Shown: positions 36,618 to 49,399 of the stretch, in pieces | How positions within the stretch are numbered: position 1 is the first letter of the stretch | How the letters are laid out: every line of letters begins with the position of its first letter | Origin: Mobula hypostoma | Taxonomy: Eukaryota | Reading direction: 5' to 3' | Assembly (NCBI RefSeq): GCF_963921235.1 | Contig: NC_086108.1 | Span: 18,538,001 to 18,602,000, forward strand | Length of the DNA stretch: 64,000 nucleotides | Translations under genes and position numbers: made by a program | Notes under the pieces: generated by a model | The model's input: only the letters and a program-made list of their open reading frames with translations | Told to the model about the DNA's origin: nothing | Database searches by the model: none

Positions 36618-39341
36618 TCAAACCCTACCTCCCATATAAGCCCCCACCTTAAATTCCTCCATATACCTGTCTAGTAGTCTCTTAAACTTCACTAGTGTAT
36701 CTGCCTCCACCACTGACTCAAGCAGTGCATTCCACGCATCAACCACTCTCTGAGTAAAAAACCTTCCTCTAATATCCCCCTTGAACTTCCCACCCCTTAC
36801 CTTAAAGCCATGTCCTCTTGTACTGAGCAGTGGTGCCCTGGGGAAGAGGCGCTGGCTATCCACTCTAACTATTCCTCTTATTATCTTGTACACCTCTATC
36901 ATGTCTCCTCTCATCCTCCTTCTCTCCAAAGAGTAAAGCCCTAGCTCCCTTAATCTCTGATCATAATGCATACTTTCTAAACCAGGCAGCATCCTGGTAA
37001 ATCTCCTCTGTACCCTTTCCAATGCTTCCACATCCTTCCTATAGTGAGGTGACCAGAACTGGACACAGTACTCCAAGTGTGGCCTAACCAGAGTCTTATA
37101 GAGCTGCATCATTACATTGCGACTCTTAAACTCTATCCCTCGACTTATGAAAGCTAACACCCCATAAGCTTTCTTAACTACCCTATCCACCTGTGAGGCA
37201 ACTTTCAGGGATCTGTGGACATGTACCTCGAGATCCCTCTGCTCCTCCACACTACCAAGTATCCTGCCATTTACTTTGTACTCTGCCTTGGAGTTTGTCT
37301 TTCCAAAGTGTACCACCTCACACTTCTCCAGGTTGAACTCCATCTGCCACTTCTCAGCCCACTTCTGCATCCTATCGATGTCTCTCTGCAATCTTTGACA
37401 ATCCTCTACACTATCTACAACACCACCAACCTTTGTGTCGTCTGCAAACTTGCCAACCCACCCTTCTACCCCCACATCCAGGTCGTTAATAAAAATCACG
37501 AAAAGTAGAGGTCCCAGAACAGATACTTGTGGGACACCACTAGTCACAATCCTCCAATCTGAATGTACTTTCTCCACCACCACCCTCTGCCTTCTGCAGG
37601 CAAGCCAATTCTGAATCCACCTGGCCAAACTTCCGTGGATCCCATGCCTTCTAACTTTCTGAATAAGCCTACCATGTGGAACCTTGTCAAATGCCTTACT
37701 AAAATCCACATAGATCACATCCACTGCACTACCCTCATCTATATGCCTGGTCACCTCCTCAAAGAACTCTATCAGGCTTGTTAGACACGATCTGCCCTTC
37801 ACAAAGCCATGCAGACTGTCCCTGATCAGACTATGATTCTCTAAATGTCTATAGATCCTATCTCTAAGAATCTTTACCAACAGCTTTCCCACCACAGACG
37901 TAAGGCTCACTGGTCTATAATTACCCGGACTATCCCTACTACCTTTTTTGAACAAGGGGACAACATTCGCCTCCCTCCAATCCTCCAGTACCATTCCCGT
38001 GGACAACGAGGACATAAAGATCCTAGCCAGAGGCTCAGCAATCTCTTCTCTCGCCTCGTGGAGCAGCCTGGGGAATATTCCGTCAGGTCCCGGGGACTTA
38101 CCTGTCTTAATGTATTTTAACAACTCCAACACCTCCTCTCCCTTAATATCAACATGCTCCAAAACATCAACCTCACTCATATCGTCCTCACCATCATCAA
38201 GTTCCCTCTCATTGGTGAATACCGAAGAGAAGTATTCATTGAAGTATTCAGTATTCAGCTCCTCTCTTGCTTCCCTATATTCCTCAATAGACCCATCTGA
38301 TCCTTGCTTCCTAAACCTCAAATATGCTGCCTTCTTCCACCTTACTAGATTTTCCACCTCACTTGTCACCCATGGTTCCTTCACCCTACCATTCTTTGTC
38401 TTCCTCACCGGGACAAATTTATCCCTTACATCCCACAAGAGATCTCTAAACGTCGACCGCATGTCCATAGTACATTTCCCTGCAAAAACATCATCCCAAT
38501 TCACACCTGCAAGTTCTAGCCTTTTAGCCTCATAATTTGCCTTTCCCCAATTAAAAATTTTCCTGTCCTCTCTGATTCTATCCTTTTCCATGATAATGCT
38601 AAAGGCCAGGGAGCGGTGGTCACTGTCCCCCAGATGCTCACCCACTGAGAGATCTGTGACCTGACCCGGTTCATTACCTAGTACTAGATCTAGTATGGCA
38701 TTCCCCCTGGTCGGCCTGTCCACATACTGTGACAGGAATCCATCCTGGACACACATAACAAATTCTGCCCCATCTAAACCCTTGGAACTAATCAGGTGCC
38801 AATCAATATTAGGGAAGTTAAAGTCACCCATGATTACAACCCTGTTATTTTTGCACTTTTCCAAAATCTGCCTCCCAATCTGCTCCTCTGTATCTCTGCT
38901 GCTACCAGGGAGCCTATAGAATACCCCCAGTAGAGTAACTGCTACCTTCCTATTCCTGACTTCCACCCATATTGACTCAAAAGAGGATCCTGCTACATTA
39001 CCCACCCTTTCTGTAGCTGTAATAGTATCCCTGACCAGTAATGCCACCCTTCCTCCCCTTTTTCCACCCTCTCTATCCCTCTTAAAGCACTGAAATCCAG
39101 GAATATTGAGAATCCATTCCTGCCCTGGTGCCAGCCAAGTCTCTGTAATGGCCAGTACATCATAATTCCATGTATGTATCCAAGCTCTCAATTCATCACC
39201 TTTGTTCCTGATGCTTCTAGCATTGAGGTACACACATTTCCGCCCTTCGATATTACTGTCTTTACACTGTTTATTCTGCTTCTCTTTCCTCAAAGCCTCT
39301 CTGTATGTTAGATCTGGCTTTACTCCATGCGCTTCTTTCAC
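36618..39341 (-). CDS. CR1 ORF2: APE endonuclease plus reverse transcriptase, 907 aa, open but with an in-frame internal deletion and a PQG-to-PQV change
   Basis: YLNARS, ITETW, GDFN, LDLV, SDH (EN); NYRPVSLTS, YVDFSKAFD, VPQVSVLGP, KFADD (RT); the linker present in the 26150 copy (KKGLRRA...) is missing at about 38250. Confidence 0.8.
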   Translation of the reverse strand: MKEAHGVKPDLTYREALRKEKQNKQCKDSNIEGRKCVYLNARSIRNKGDELRAWIHTWNYDVLAITETWLAPGQEWILNIPGFQCFKRDREGGKRGGRVALLVRDTITATERVGNVAGSSFESIWVEVRNRKVAVTLLGVFYRLPGSSRDTEEQIGRQILEKCKNNRVVIMGDFNFPNIDWHLISSKGLDGAEFVMCVQDGFLSQYVDRPTRGNAILDLVLGNEPGQVTDLSVGEHLGDSDHRSLAFSIIMEKDRIREDRKIFNWGKANYEAKRLELAGVNWDDVFAGKCTMDMRSTFRDLLWDVRDKFVPVRKTKNGRVKEPWVTSEVENLVRWKKAAYLRFRKQGSDGSIEEYREAREELNTEYFNEYFSSVFTNERELDDGEDDMSEVDVLEHVDIKGEEVLELLKYIKTGKSPGPDGIFPRLLHEAREEIAEPLARIFMSSLSTGMVLEDWREANVVPLFKKGSRDSPGNYRPVSLTSVVGKLLVKILRDRIYRHLENHSLIRDSLHGFVKGRSCLTSLIEFFEEVTRHIDEGSAVDVIYVDFSKAFDKVPHGRLIQKVRRHGIHGSLARWIQNWLACRRQRVVVEKVHSDWRIVTSGVPQVSVLGPLLFVIFINDLDVGVEGWVGKFADDTKVGGVVDSVEDCQRLQRDIDRMQKWAEKWQMEFNLEKCEVVHFGKTNSKAEYKVNGRILGSVEEQRDLEVHVHRSLKVASQVDRVVKKAYGVLAFISRGIEFKSRNVMMQLYKTLVRPHLEYCVQFWSPHYRKDVEALERVQRRFTRMLPGLESMHYDQRLRELGLYSLERRRMRGDMIEVYKIIRGIVRVDSQRLFPRAPLLSTRGHGFKVRGGKFKGDIRGRFFTQRVVDAWNALLESVVEADTLVKFKRLLDRYMEEFKVGAYMGGRV

Positions 39342-39376
39342 TGCTCTATCGCTCTGGGTCCCATCCCCCTCGCAAA

Positions 39377-40316
39377 TTAGTTTAAACCCTCCCGAACCAT
39401 GCTAGCAAACCTACCTGCAAGGATATTGCTCCCCCTCGAGTTCAGGTGCAACCCATCCAATCTGTACAGGTCCCACCTTCCCCAGAAGAGATCCTAATGA
39501 TCTAAAAATCTAAAACCCTGCTCCCTGCACCAACTCCTCAGCCACGCATTCAACTGCCATCTCCTCCAGTTCTTACCATCTCTGTCACGTAGCACTGGCA
39601 GCAATCCTGAAAACGTCACTCTTGAGGTCCTATTCTTCAGCCTTCTGCTTAATTCCCGAAACTCACACTTCAGGACCTCATCCCTTTTCCTGCCTATGTC
39701 GTTGGTCCCAACCTGTATCACGACTTCTGGTTGCTTTCCCTCTTGTATCAGGATGTCGTGCACCCGGTCAGAGACATCCCGGACCCTGGCACCCGGGAGG
39801 CAACAAACCATGCAGGTGTCCTTCTCACGTACACAAAATCTCCTGTCTGCTCCCCTGACTATAGAGTCTCCAATGATGACAGCTCTCCTCTTCTCCGTCC
39901 CACCCTTCTGCACCACAGGGTCAGACTCAGTGCCGGAGGCCCTGCCACCATGGCTCACACCTGGTCGGTCGTCCCCACCAACAGTATCCAGGACGGTAAA
40001 CATTATTCAGGGGAATGGCTACAGGGGTGCTCTGCACTACCTGTCTGCTCACCCTCGCTTTCCCCCCTCTGACTGTCACCCAACGACCTGCTTCCGACAC
40101 CCTAGGTGTGACGACCTCCCTGTAGCTCTCATCTATGACTGCCTCATTCTCTCTTATGAGTTGAAGGTCATCCAGCTGCAGCTCCAGATTCCTTACACGG
40201 TCTTCCAGCTCGCCCCGCCGTATGCACTTCTGGCAAATGTGACTCTGAGGGAGAGGGGAGTTCCCCCAAGACTGCCACATTTCACATGAGAGACACATCA
40301 CCGTCTCAGGAGACAT
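39377..40316 (-). pseudogene. CR1 ORF1: zinc finger, coiled coil and SGNH/GDSL esterase; frameshifted with a premature stop
   Basis: CLSCEMW...HICQKC, LEDRVRNLELQLDDL, IIGDSIVRG, VCCLPGA, VGTNDIG, DGLHLN; frameshift near 40000, stop at 39494. Confidence 0.88.
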
Positions 40317-41599
40317 TGTAAAAACTAACTGCGAGCTAGCTTGCCCTCTGCCTCTTCTCGTCGAAGCCTCTCGAGTCAAAGCCTCAAAGCTCCACTCCTT
40401 CACTGGCCCACTCACGCTCTGGCCGCTTCGCTTGAGCTATCCCTCTACTTACCTGTTTGAGCTTTTCAAAATGTTTGGTCACCTGACCTCGACTGCCCAA
40501 TCAGCTGCTTTCTGCTGAGTCTGAGCTATTCAAATCTTGATTGTCTAATCAACGGCTTTCTGCTGATCTATTCAAATCTTGATTGACTTGATTGCACAGA
40601 CCAACTGCCAAAACTGCCAGAATCTCTCGAGTCAAAGCCTCAAAGCTCCACTCCTTCACTGGCCCACTCACGCTCTGACCACTTTCTATGTTTCTTACAT
40701 CCACCCCCCCTCCTCCACCTGCCTATCACCACACCCTCACACCTGGATCCACCAGTCAGCCTAGAGCTCTCACCCAACCCCTTTCCTCTTTAGATTGGCT
40801 ACTTTCCCTCCATATTTCAGTCCAGTTGAGGGGTCTCAGCCCAAAACCGCCACTGGTCCATATCCTTCCACAGATCTGCCTGACCAGCAGAGTTCCTCCA
40901 GCATTGTTTTTGTTGGTCCAACCACCCACCCTCGACATTTAACAGCAATGACATCCCCAAGCCACCCACCATCATAATTCTTGTGGTAACCATGACCAGA
41001 AACTCGGGTGGGCCAGCCACATAATTATTATGGAGTTCCTGCATCATTTTGTGTGTTGCCCCAGATTTCAGTATCTGCTGTCTCTTGAATCTCCCAGCTC
41101 AGTGCTGTACAGGACAGGCTGTGGGAGAGAGGCATGATCACCAGTCTGGGCAGGGGGAGGCACATTAACCTGTTGGTTATTACTGGCCTGCTGTCCTATC
41201 CTGCTGACCAGTGAGGACCTCTGTCTTCTGCTGAAGATGGATAGAAGCATTTGGTTCCCTGCTCCTTCTTGCCGGACGGCAGCCAGATGTTGGTGCTGGA
41301 GAAGCCGGCCAGACCAAAGGCTAAAACTCCCAACCAGCTCTGCCCAGAATCCTGAGGTGTTGTCATGGTAGGGGATTGATCGGACATCAACTAGAGGGCT
41401 GCGATTCTACCACTGGCAACTTCAGAGACAGAGTAATTTATCGCACAGATAGCCAGTGACATTGTCAATGCAGGCTCCTGCTCTAGGCTGTGTGACCAGG
41501 AGATGTTGTGGGTCACTGAGTATTGGGCAGTCCTGCAACAGTGTGGGCACCTGACTCTGTCTGTGAGAAAGAGGTTTTTCTCCAGTGTGAGTGTTTGGA

Positions 41600-43690
41600 G
41601 CATGACACAGCAGCATAGTTAGTGGAGCCACTTCCCAAAATAGCTCTAGATATCTGGGTTCAATCTTAACCTTTCGCACAGTCTGTGTGGAGATTGTACA
41701 TTATTCCTGTCACCACATAGGTTTATGGGTTTACACCGTACTCTGGTTTCCTCCCACTTCTCAAAGTCATAGAACCATAGAACCATAGAACATTACAGCA
41801 CAGAACAGGCCTTTTGGCCCTTCTTGGCTGTGCAGAAGCATTTTTCTGCCTAGTCCCACTGACCTGCGCCTGGACCATATCCTTCCATATACCTCTCATC
41901 CATGTACCTGTCCAAGTTTTTCTTAAATGTTAAAAGTGAGTCCGCATTTACCACTTCATCTGGCAGCTTATTCCACGCTCCCACCACTGTCTGTGTGAAG
42001 AAGCCCCCTCTAATGTTCCCTTTAAACTTTTCCCCCTTCACCCTTAACCCATGTCCTCTGGTTTTTTTCTCCCCTTGCCTCAGTGGAAAAAGCCTGCTTG
42101 CGTTTACTCTATCTATATCCATCATAATTTTATATACCTCTATCAAATCTCCCCTCATTCTTCTATGCTCCAGGGAATAAAGTCCTAATCTATTCAACCT
42201 TTCTCTGTAACTCAGTTTCTCAAGTCCCAGCAACATCCTTGTAAACTTGCTCTGCACTCTTTCAACCTTATTAATATCTTTCCTGTAATTTGGTGACCAA
42301 AACTGCACACAATACTCCAAATTCAGCCTTATAAATTCAGATTTATAAAGGTCAATGTACCAAAAGCTCGCTTTATGACCCATCTACCTGTGACTCCACT
42401 TTTAGGGAATTTTGTATCTGTATTCCCAGATCCCTCTGTTCGACTGCACTCCTCAGTGCCCTATCATTTACCTTGTATGTTCTACCATGGTTTGTCCTTC
42501 CAAAGTACAATACCTCACACTTGTCTGTATTAAACTCTATCTGCCATTTTTCAGCTCATTTTTCCAGCTGGTCCAAATCCCTTTGCAAGCTTTGAAATCC
42601 TTCCTCACTGTCCACTACACCTCCAATCTTTGTATCATCAGCAAATTTGCTGATCCAATTTACCACATTATCATCCAGATCATTGATATAGATGACAAAT
42701 AACAATGGACCCAGCACTGATCCCTGTGGCACACCACTAGTCACAGGCCTCCACTCAGAGAAGCAATCCTCCACTACCACTCTCTGGCTTCTTCCATTGA
42801 GCCAATGTCTAATCCAATTTACTACCTCTCCATGTATACTTAGCGACTGAATCTTCCTAACTAACCTCCCATGCGGGACCTTGTCAAAGGCCTTACTGAA
42901 GTCCATGTAGACAACATCCACTGCCTTCCCTTCATCCACTTTCCTGGTAACCTCCTCAAAAAACTCTAATAGATTGGTTTAACATGACTTACCACACACA
43001 AAGCCATGTTGACTCTCCCTAATAAGTCCCTGTCTATCCAAATACTTGTAGATCCTATCTCTTACACTCCTTCCAATAATTTACCTACTACGTCAAATTT
43101 ACCAGCCTATAATTTCCCGGATTACTTTTAGAGCCTTTTTTAAACAATGGAACAACATGAGCTATCCTCCAATCCTCTGGCACCTCACCTGTAGATACCA
43201 ACATTTTAAATATATCTGCCAGGGCCCCTGCAATTTCAACACTAGTCTCCTTCAAGGTCCAAGGGAATACCTTGGATTTACCTGTGGATTTATCTACTCT
43301 GATTTGCCTCAAGATATGAAGCACCTCCTCCTCTTCAATCCGTATAGGTTCCATGACTCACTACTTGTTTGCCTTATTTTCATAGACTCCATGCCAATTT
43401 CCTCAATAAATACAGATGCAAAAAAAACTATTTAAGATCTCCCCCATTTCTTTTTATTCCATACATAGCCAACCACTCTTATCCTCAAGAGGACAAATTT
43501 TATCCCTTACTATCCTTTTGCTCTTAATATATAGGTTAATTGGCCAGTGAGGGAGAATCTGGGAATGATGGAATTGATGGGAATACAGGGAGAATTAAAA
43601 TAAAAGATATTAATGTAAAATTAGTGCAGATGGGTGATTGAACTCAGTGTGGACTCAGTGGGCTGAAGGTCCAGTTTGGATGTTGTACAG
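41600..43690 (+). mobile_element. V-SINE (41600-41767 and about 43535-43690) split by a CR1
   Basis: tRNA-like head, then gtctgtgtggagattgtacattattcctgtcaccacatagg...ggtttcctcccact; resumes with ggttaattggcca. Confidence 0.6.
41768..43532 (-). mobile_element. 5'-truncated CR1 (same subfamily as 15285-16429)
   Basis: ORFs 43088-43354, 42556-42939 ([22 protein letters not shown]) and 41850-42383; tail at 41768-41795. Confidence 0.93.
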
Positions 43691-45050
43691 CAGGGAAAAA
43701 TCCTCCTGACACATAAACCTCTGGCGTAAACATGTGCTACTGTGTAATTGGCATGATGACCTTGACAATGGCAGTCAAGGCCCAAGGTACTGTCAGTGTG
43801 GTTGGGTTCTGGGTCAATATGTCTTATTGGCAGAGGTCCTTACTCAGTATGTCTTGCTGGCACCATCGATGTGTCTGCAAAGGGTCCCAGGATGGTGTGG
43901 GCCTCACTCTATAATATGGCTGGGGGAGCGTGCTGGGTCACAGGATGTAATGTTCATTGTAACCAATTGCTTTGTGTCATTTTGACTTCCTGCTTATGTC
44001 CATGTGTGATTGGCATTGTACTGTGGCACTGAGGTGGCCTAGGTCAGTGCAGGCTCCTGGCTTTGACACCATGGAAGGATGATGTATAAGGTATTAGAGC
44101 CCTCACCAAGACCAGGGTTGCTCTGTATCAATATGTTTTTGTGTTGTAACATTGGCAGGTATGCAGGGTCAACGTAACTTATTGGCACTTTGAACACAGC
44201 AAAAATAGAAAATTGTAAAAACTCAGCAGGTCAGACAGCATCTCTGAAGGTAAAAGCTGTAAATGGAACTCAGCATCCGAATAACTTATTCTGTATCAGA
44301 ACCGGCCATTTCTTCCTGTACCCTTTAAGCTCCTGCTTCCTTTTTATTATACCACCTGTCCCCCAGTCCTACCATTAGCAACATATTACACAGACAAAGA
44401 AAGTAAATGTTACATTAAGGTACTCAGTGTTAGACCATCAGAGATATTCTGTTTCAGCTACCCATTAGCCCCCACCCTTCTCCGGCTTCCGATGGAGGGC
44501 CCCAGACTTGAAATATTGCCTGTTTCCCTCTCCAGATGCTGCCTGACTTGCTGAGTTTCTTCAGCATTTCTTTTTGTGTTTTTTTTCAACGTGTACAATT
44601 CTTTGAATTTCATGGCATATTGGATGACTTTGGGATGCTGTCATAGTCACCAAGGCAGGGAGGTATCCTTCAACAGAGCAGGCACTTAACATGGACAATG
44701 TGGTGTGATGGTATCCTGAGTTAATGTGTTCAATTGCATTGGCTATAGTGTCAGGGACCTGTCCTGTCTAGGCTAGCATGGCAGGGTGCTGTCCATGGAC
44801 ACGGTTGGTTACAGGCAACCTCTGAGCAAATGTGGGCTCCAGGCACTTACACAATGAAAGAAAGGTATCCACACCATCTTTTTATGAGGTGGTACGTACT
44901 GTTTCAGTGTGATTTGTGGCACAATCAACAAGAGATGAAAGGGTCCTGGTTGACTGTTAGAGACAGGAACTATTAAAGTGGCAAGAAGGTGTTGGGATAG
45001 AGCTGCCTCCTGACACTGTCACTATACAGCAAGCTGCTCTGGGACAATGT

Positions 45051-45219
45051 GGGTCAGAGACACTGTGAACAAGCAGGGAGATGTCCTGGGTCAGAGACAC
45101 TGTGAACAAAGCAGGGAGATGCCCTGATTCAGAGACACTGTGAACAAAGCAGGGAGATGTCCTGGGTCAGAGACACTGTGAACAAGCAGGGAGATGTCCT
45201 GGGTCAGAGACACTGTGAA
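45051..45219. repeat. 37-38-bp minisatellite, about 4.5 copies
   Basis: GGGTCAGAGACACTGTGAACAA(A)GCAGGGAGATGTCCT repeated. Confidence 0.93.
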
Positions 45220-46600
45220 TCAGTGGTACAGAGTAATGGCAATAGTAGACACAACATGGAGATTGTAGGTAGACAGGGTGGTGAATAAAACTTTTAGCAA
45301 GTTGGCCCCCAATTTATCAGTCAGGGCACTGAGTATGAAAGACGAGAGGTCATGGGTCAGTTGTAAAGGACATTGGTGAGGACTAATCAAGGTCTGTAAG
45401 TATAAGTTTGTTCAGGGAAGATCATATTTGACTAACTTGATTGACTTCTCTGATGACGCAACAAGGAGGGTGGACTACAGTGCTGTGTTGTTGTCTACAT
45501 GGATTTTGCCAACACTTTTGACAAGGACTAGGCTAATCATAAAAGTAAAGACCCATGGAATTCAAGAGACAGTGTCAAATTGCTTCCCTGATAGTCTCAG
45601 GTGGAGGAAACAAAATGGAAGTCAAAGCCAAATTTATTGTCAGAAGTACAAGTATACGTACGTTTGCAAAGGTGCAATGAAAAACTTACTGGCAGCAGCT
45701 TCACAAGGAAATAGGATCATTCAAAAGGCATACATAAATTAATCATTCATTATACACAATTTCCATAAGTAGGAAAGGGTAATGCTTGTTAGCAACACAC
45801 ATAAAAAATGCTGGTGAACGCAGCAGGCCAGGCAGCATCTATAGGAAGAGGTATAGTCGACATTTCGGGCCGAGACCGTTCGTTAGGACCTCGTGTTCCT
45901 CGTGTTTGCGTAATGATATGTGTTTTTGTTACTGAAGTCCTGCTTCCAACTGGGCTTTAGCTCTTCCCTTGCTTTTTGTGATTTAGATGAATCATTTTAG
46001 TGGAATCATATCCCTACTTAAAGAGGCCTAAACTCTCCACATTAATTCTAGCATAGTCCCACCAACACCATATACAGTTCAAACTTCCCCACTTTTATAC
46101 TCTTACATGGAAATAAAGGACAACGTTCTATTAGCATTGATAATTACTTGGTGCACTTGTATGCTTACTTTGGACATAAAACAGGAAATGCTGGAATCAC
46201 TCAGCAGGACAAGCGACTTCAGGCATCAGAGAATCAGAGTTAACGTCTCAGGTCCAGAATGAAGGAAGAGGGAAATCAAGTGAGTTTTCAATAGCGGGGA
46301 AGGAAGGGGTTGGGTAGAACAAAGGGGAATATCTCAAATAGAAAGAGACCAAAGTTCAATGTAAATTTATTAGCAAAGTACACATATGTCATCATACACA
46401 ACCCTGAGGTTCATTTTCTTGTGGGCATTCTCAATAAATCTACGTAATAATAACCATAAAAGAATCAATGAAAGACCTCTCCAACTTGGGTGTTCAACCA
46501 GTGTGTAAAAGACCAAATGACTTCATGTGGGCCAAGAGACCCAGACATGCAGGTTCAGCAATGCCTTCTTCCCCACTGCCCCAAACTTGCAATTTACGTA

Positions 46601-46735
46601 CAGTCAGTGGCCACTTTATTAGCTACACATGTACACCTGATTGTTTGTGCAATGATCTAGTCAGCAAATTATGTGGCAGCAACTCAGTGCATAATAGCAT
46701 GCAAATATGGTCAAGAGGTTCATTTGTTGTTCAGA
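46601..46735. mobile_element. Tc1-like terminal fragment
   Basis: TA followed by CAGTCAGTGGCCACTTTATTAGCTACAC, resembling a Tc1 TIR; partner TIR not found. Confidence 0.4.
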
Positions 46736-47637
46736 TCAATCAGAATCAGAATCAGAATCAGATTTATTATCACCGGCATGTGACGTGAAATTTGTTAACT
46801 TAGTAGCAGCAGTTCAATGCAATACAAAATCTAGCAGAGAGAGAGAAAAAAACATAATGAATAAGCAAGTAAATCAATTGTGTATATTGAATAGATTATT
46901 TTAAAAATATGCAAAAACAGAAATACTGTATATTAAAAAAATGAGGTAGTGTCCAAAACTTCAAAGTCCATTTAGGAATTGGATGGCAGAGGGAAAGAAG
47001 CTGTTCCTGAACTGCTGAGTGTGTGCCTTCAGGCTTCTGTATCTCAGTGAGAAAAGGGCATGCCCTGGGTGCTGGAGGATTTTAATAATGGACGCTGCCT
47101 TTCTGAGACACTGCTTCCTAAACATGTCCTGGATACTTTGTAGGCTAGTACCCAAGATGGAGTTGACTAGATTTACAACCTTCTGCAGCTTCTTTCGGTC
47201 CTGTACAGTAGCCCCTCCATATCAGGCAGTGATGCATCCTGTCAGAATGCTCTCCATGGTGCAACTATAGAAGTTTTTGAGCATATTTGTTGACATGAAA
47301 AATCACTTCAAACTCCTAATATAGACGCTGTCTTGCCTTCTTTATGACTACATCAATATGTTGGGACCAGGTTAGATCCTCAGAGATCTTGACACCCAGG
47401 AACTTGAAGCTGCTCACTCTCTCCACTTCTGATCCCTCTATGAGGATTGGTACATGTTTCTTCATCTTGCCCTTCCTGAAGTCCACAATCAGCTCTTTCA
47501 TCTTACTGATGTTGAGTGCCAGGTTGTTGCTGTGGCACCATTCCACTTGTTGGCGTATCTCACTCCTGTATGCCCTCTCGTCACCACCTGAGATTCTACC
47601 AACAACGGTTGTATCATCAGCAAATTTGTAGATGGTT
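46736..47637 (-). mobile_element. Rex1/Babar-like LINE, RT C-half and tail
   Basis: KFADDTTVVGRIS, WCHSNNLALNISKMKELIVDFRK, FKFLGV, HTQQFRNSFFPSAI; (GATTCT)n tail at 46736-46762. Confidence 0.88.
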
Positions 47638-48399
47638 TTATGTTTTTATGTTTCTATTAAACCATGGGAGCAGCTAGTGCATATCACAAGTCCTGGTTAT
47701 GCGATCATCAACACCAGGCAAACAATCTCTGAAGTATTGTTAATGGCTGGGGTCACCCATCTTGTAAAAACACTGCCCAGAAGATGGTAATAGCTTCTGT
47801 AGAAAACTTATATAAAAGATGCCAAGAACAATCCTCGTCAAGACCTGGTACATAATGAATGATTGAATAAATCCCCCAAAAGGAACATTTTTGCTACATC
47901 CTGCTGTTACAGAAAGAGCTCACCAAGCGCAAATTTTCCAACCCCATGGTTTATCAGGAGCTTGTAGCCTTTCTGGAGGCTAGTGCACCTTCCTGAGCTG
48001 TACACCTTGAATACTGGGTGCCCATGGAAGATGGACCTATGGCCATGACAGATGGCCTGTTGACGTGTCTGGCAGCTCCAAGTAACAGATAGGCTGATCT
48101 GTTGGAGAGGAAGGCAGTGTGTCGGGGAGCCAGCTGAGAGTGTTACATTAGAAATCTGTGGGAATGTGTGAAGACGCTAGATCCGAGTCTCTGGGACTGG
48201 CACTGCGTGCGTCAATCATTGTGGCAGAACATGGGCAAGCCCAAGGATGCCTGGGGGAGCTTGACAGCCGGACCATATCAGCAGTAAAGAGGCTGGAGTT
48301 TGGGTCTCCTCAAACAGAGAAAGCTTGTTGTTTGTGCATGGATTTTTGTCAGCATGTCAACCTACTCCATACAACCATCTATCCTGCTTGCATCTGTGA

Positions 48400-48900
48400 G
48401 TATCTGCATGATCATGTGTGTATGTATGACAGAGTGTGTGTGTGAGGGACAGTACATATGTAGTATGAGGGAGTATACAGTATGTGAGAGAGTTCGTGTG
48501 TGGGTTTGTATGAAAGAGAATGTGAGAGATTGTGCATGCATGTGTACTTCTGTAAGGCAATGTGAAACAAGGTGAACGTGTGTAAGTATATGTCTGTTCA
48601 TGAACGTGTGAGAGAATATGTGTGTACATGCGTGAGAGTGAATGTGTATGAAATTGTGTGTGTGAGAACATTTGAGAGTATGCGAGAGCAAAAGTGTGTG
48701 AGGGACAGAGAGAGAGAGAGTGTGTGTGTGTGTATGTGCACTTTTGCATTTCTGCTTGTGTTTCCATAGGTCTGTGTCTCTCTATATAATGGCATGTGTC
48801 CAAACGTCAATGTCTCACTGTGTGTTTCTATGTGTGTGCATGCACAAGTGTGCATAAAATGCACATGCATGTATGTGTTTTGTCTCAACATCTGTGTGTT
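48400..48900. repeat. Degenerate (TG)n/(GA)n low-complexity tract
   Basis: Dense TG/GA dinucleotide runs, e.g. 48707-48732. Confidence 0.85.
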
Positions 48901-49399
48901 TCTATTCATCTTGCTCTGGTGCCAGGGAAGATGCAAGTAAATTAATCTGTATTGCTCATGGAATGTATTTTTCTGCTGATAAACAGTTGCCTTAAAAGGT
49001 AACACCTTAAAGCTCCTGCCATTCTGCTCCCGAATTCTCAGTGGTGAATTTACAACTTTATGGGTTAATATTATCAAAATTAATATATCAGTTTCACAAC
49101 GAACATTGGAGAAGGATTGTTTAAACCAAAGATCCACATTACTGCTCATTGCTTCTTTAACCTTCCTCACCAGCTACTCTTGCCTATTTCTGTAACTCAC
49201 AACCGTTCCTTAGGGACTGATCAAAGACCAAAAGAAATGTATTGATGGATTTGGTTGAGGAGTTAAATTAGAGCTTTTCCAAGGAAGGAGATTCCGCAGC
49301 ATCACAGCAAAGGAAGATGTTAGAAAGGCCAAATGCATTGGGACAGACACCTGGGCCAAACGAGATGGATTCTCAGGTGTTGAACAAGATGAGGAGTTA

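Larger units (their letters stand above)
36550..40682 (-). mobile_element. Near full-length CR1 LINE (ORF1, ORF2, TTCTATG tail) with 12-bp TSD
   Basis: TSD TTTCTATGTTTC at 36538-36549 and 40683-40694; inserted antisense into the tail of a + strand CR1 3' end (36455-36549). Confidence 0.95.

Noticed and set aside
36550..40682. Currently active autonomous CR1
   Set aside because: ORF1 has a frameshift and a stop; ORF2 has an internal deletion and a PQG-to-PQV substitution
48300..49170. His/Thr- or Cys/Val-rich ORFs
   Set aside because: Translation of degenerate TG/CA microsatellite
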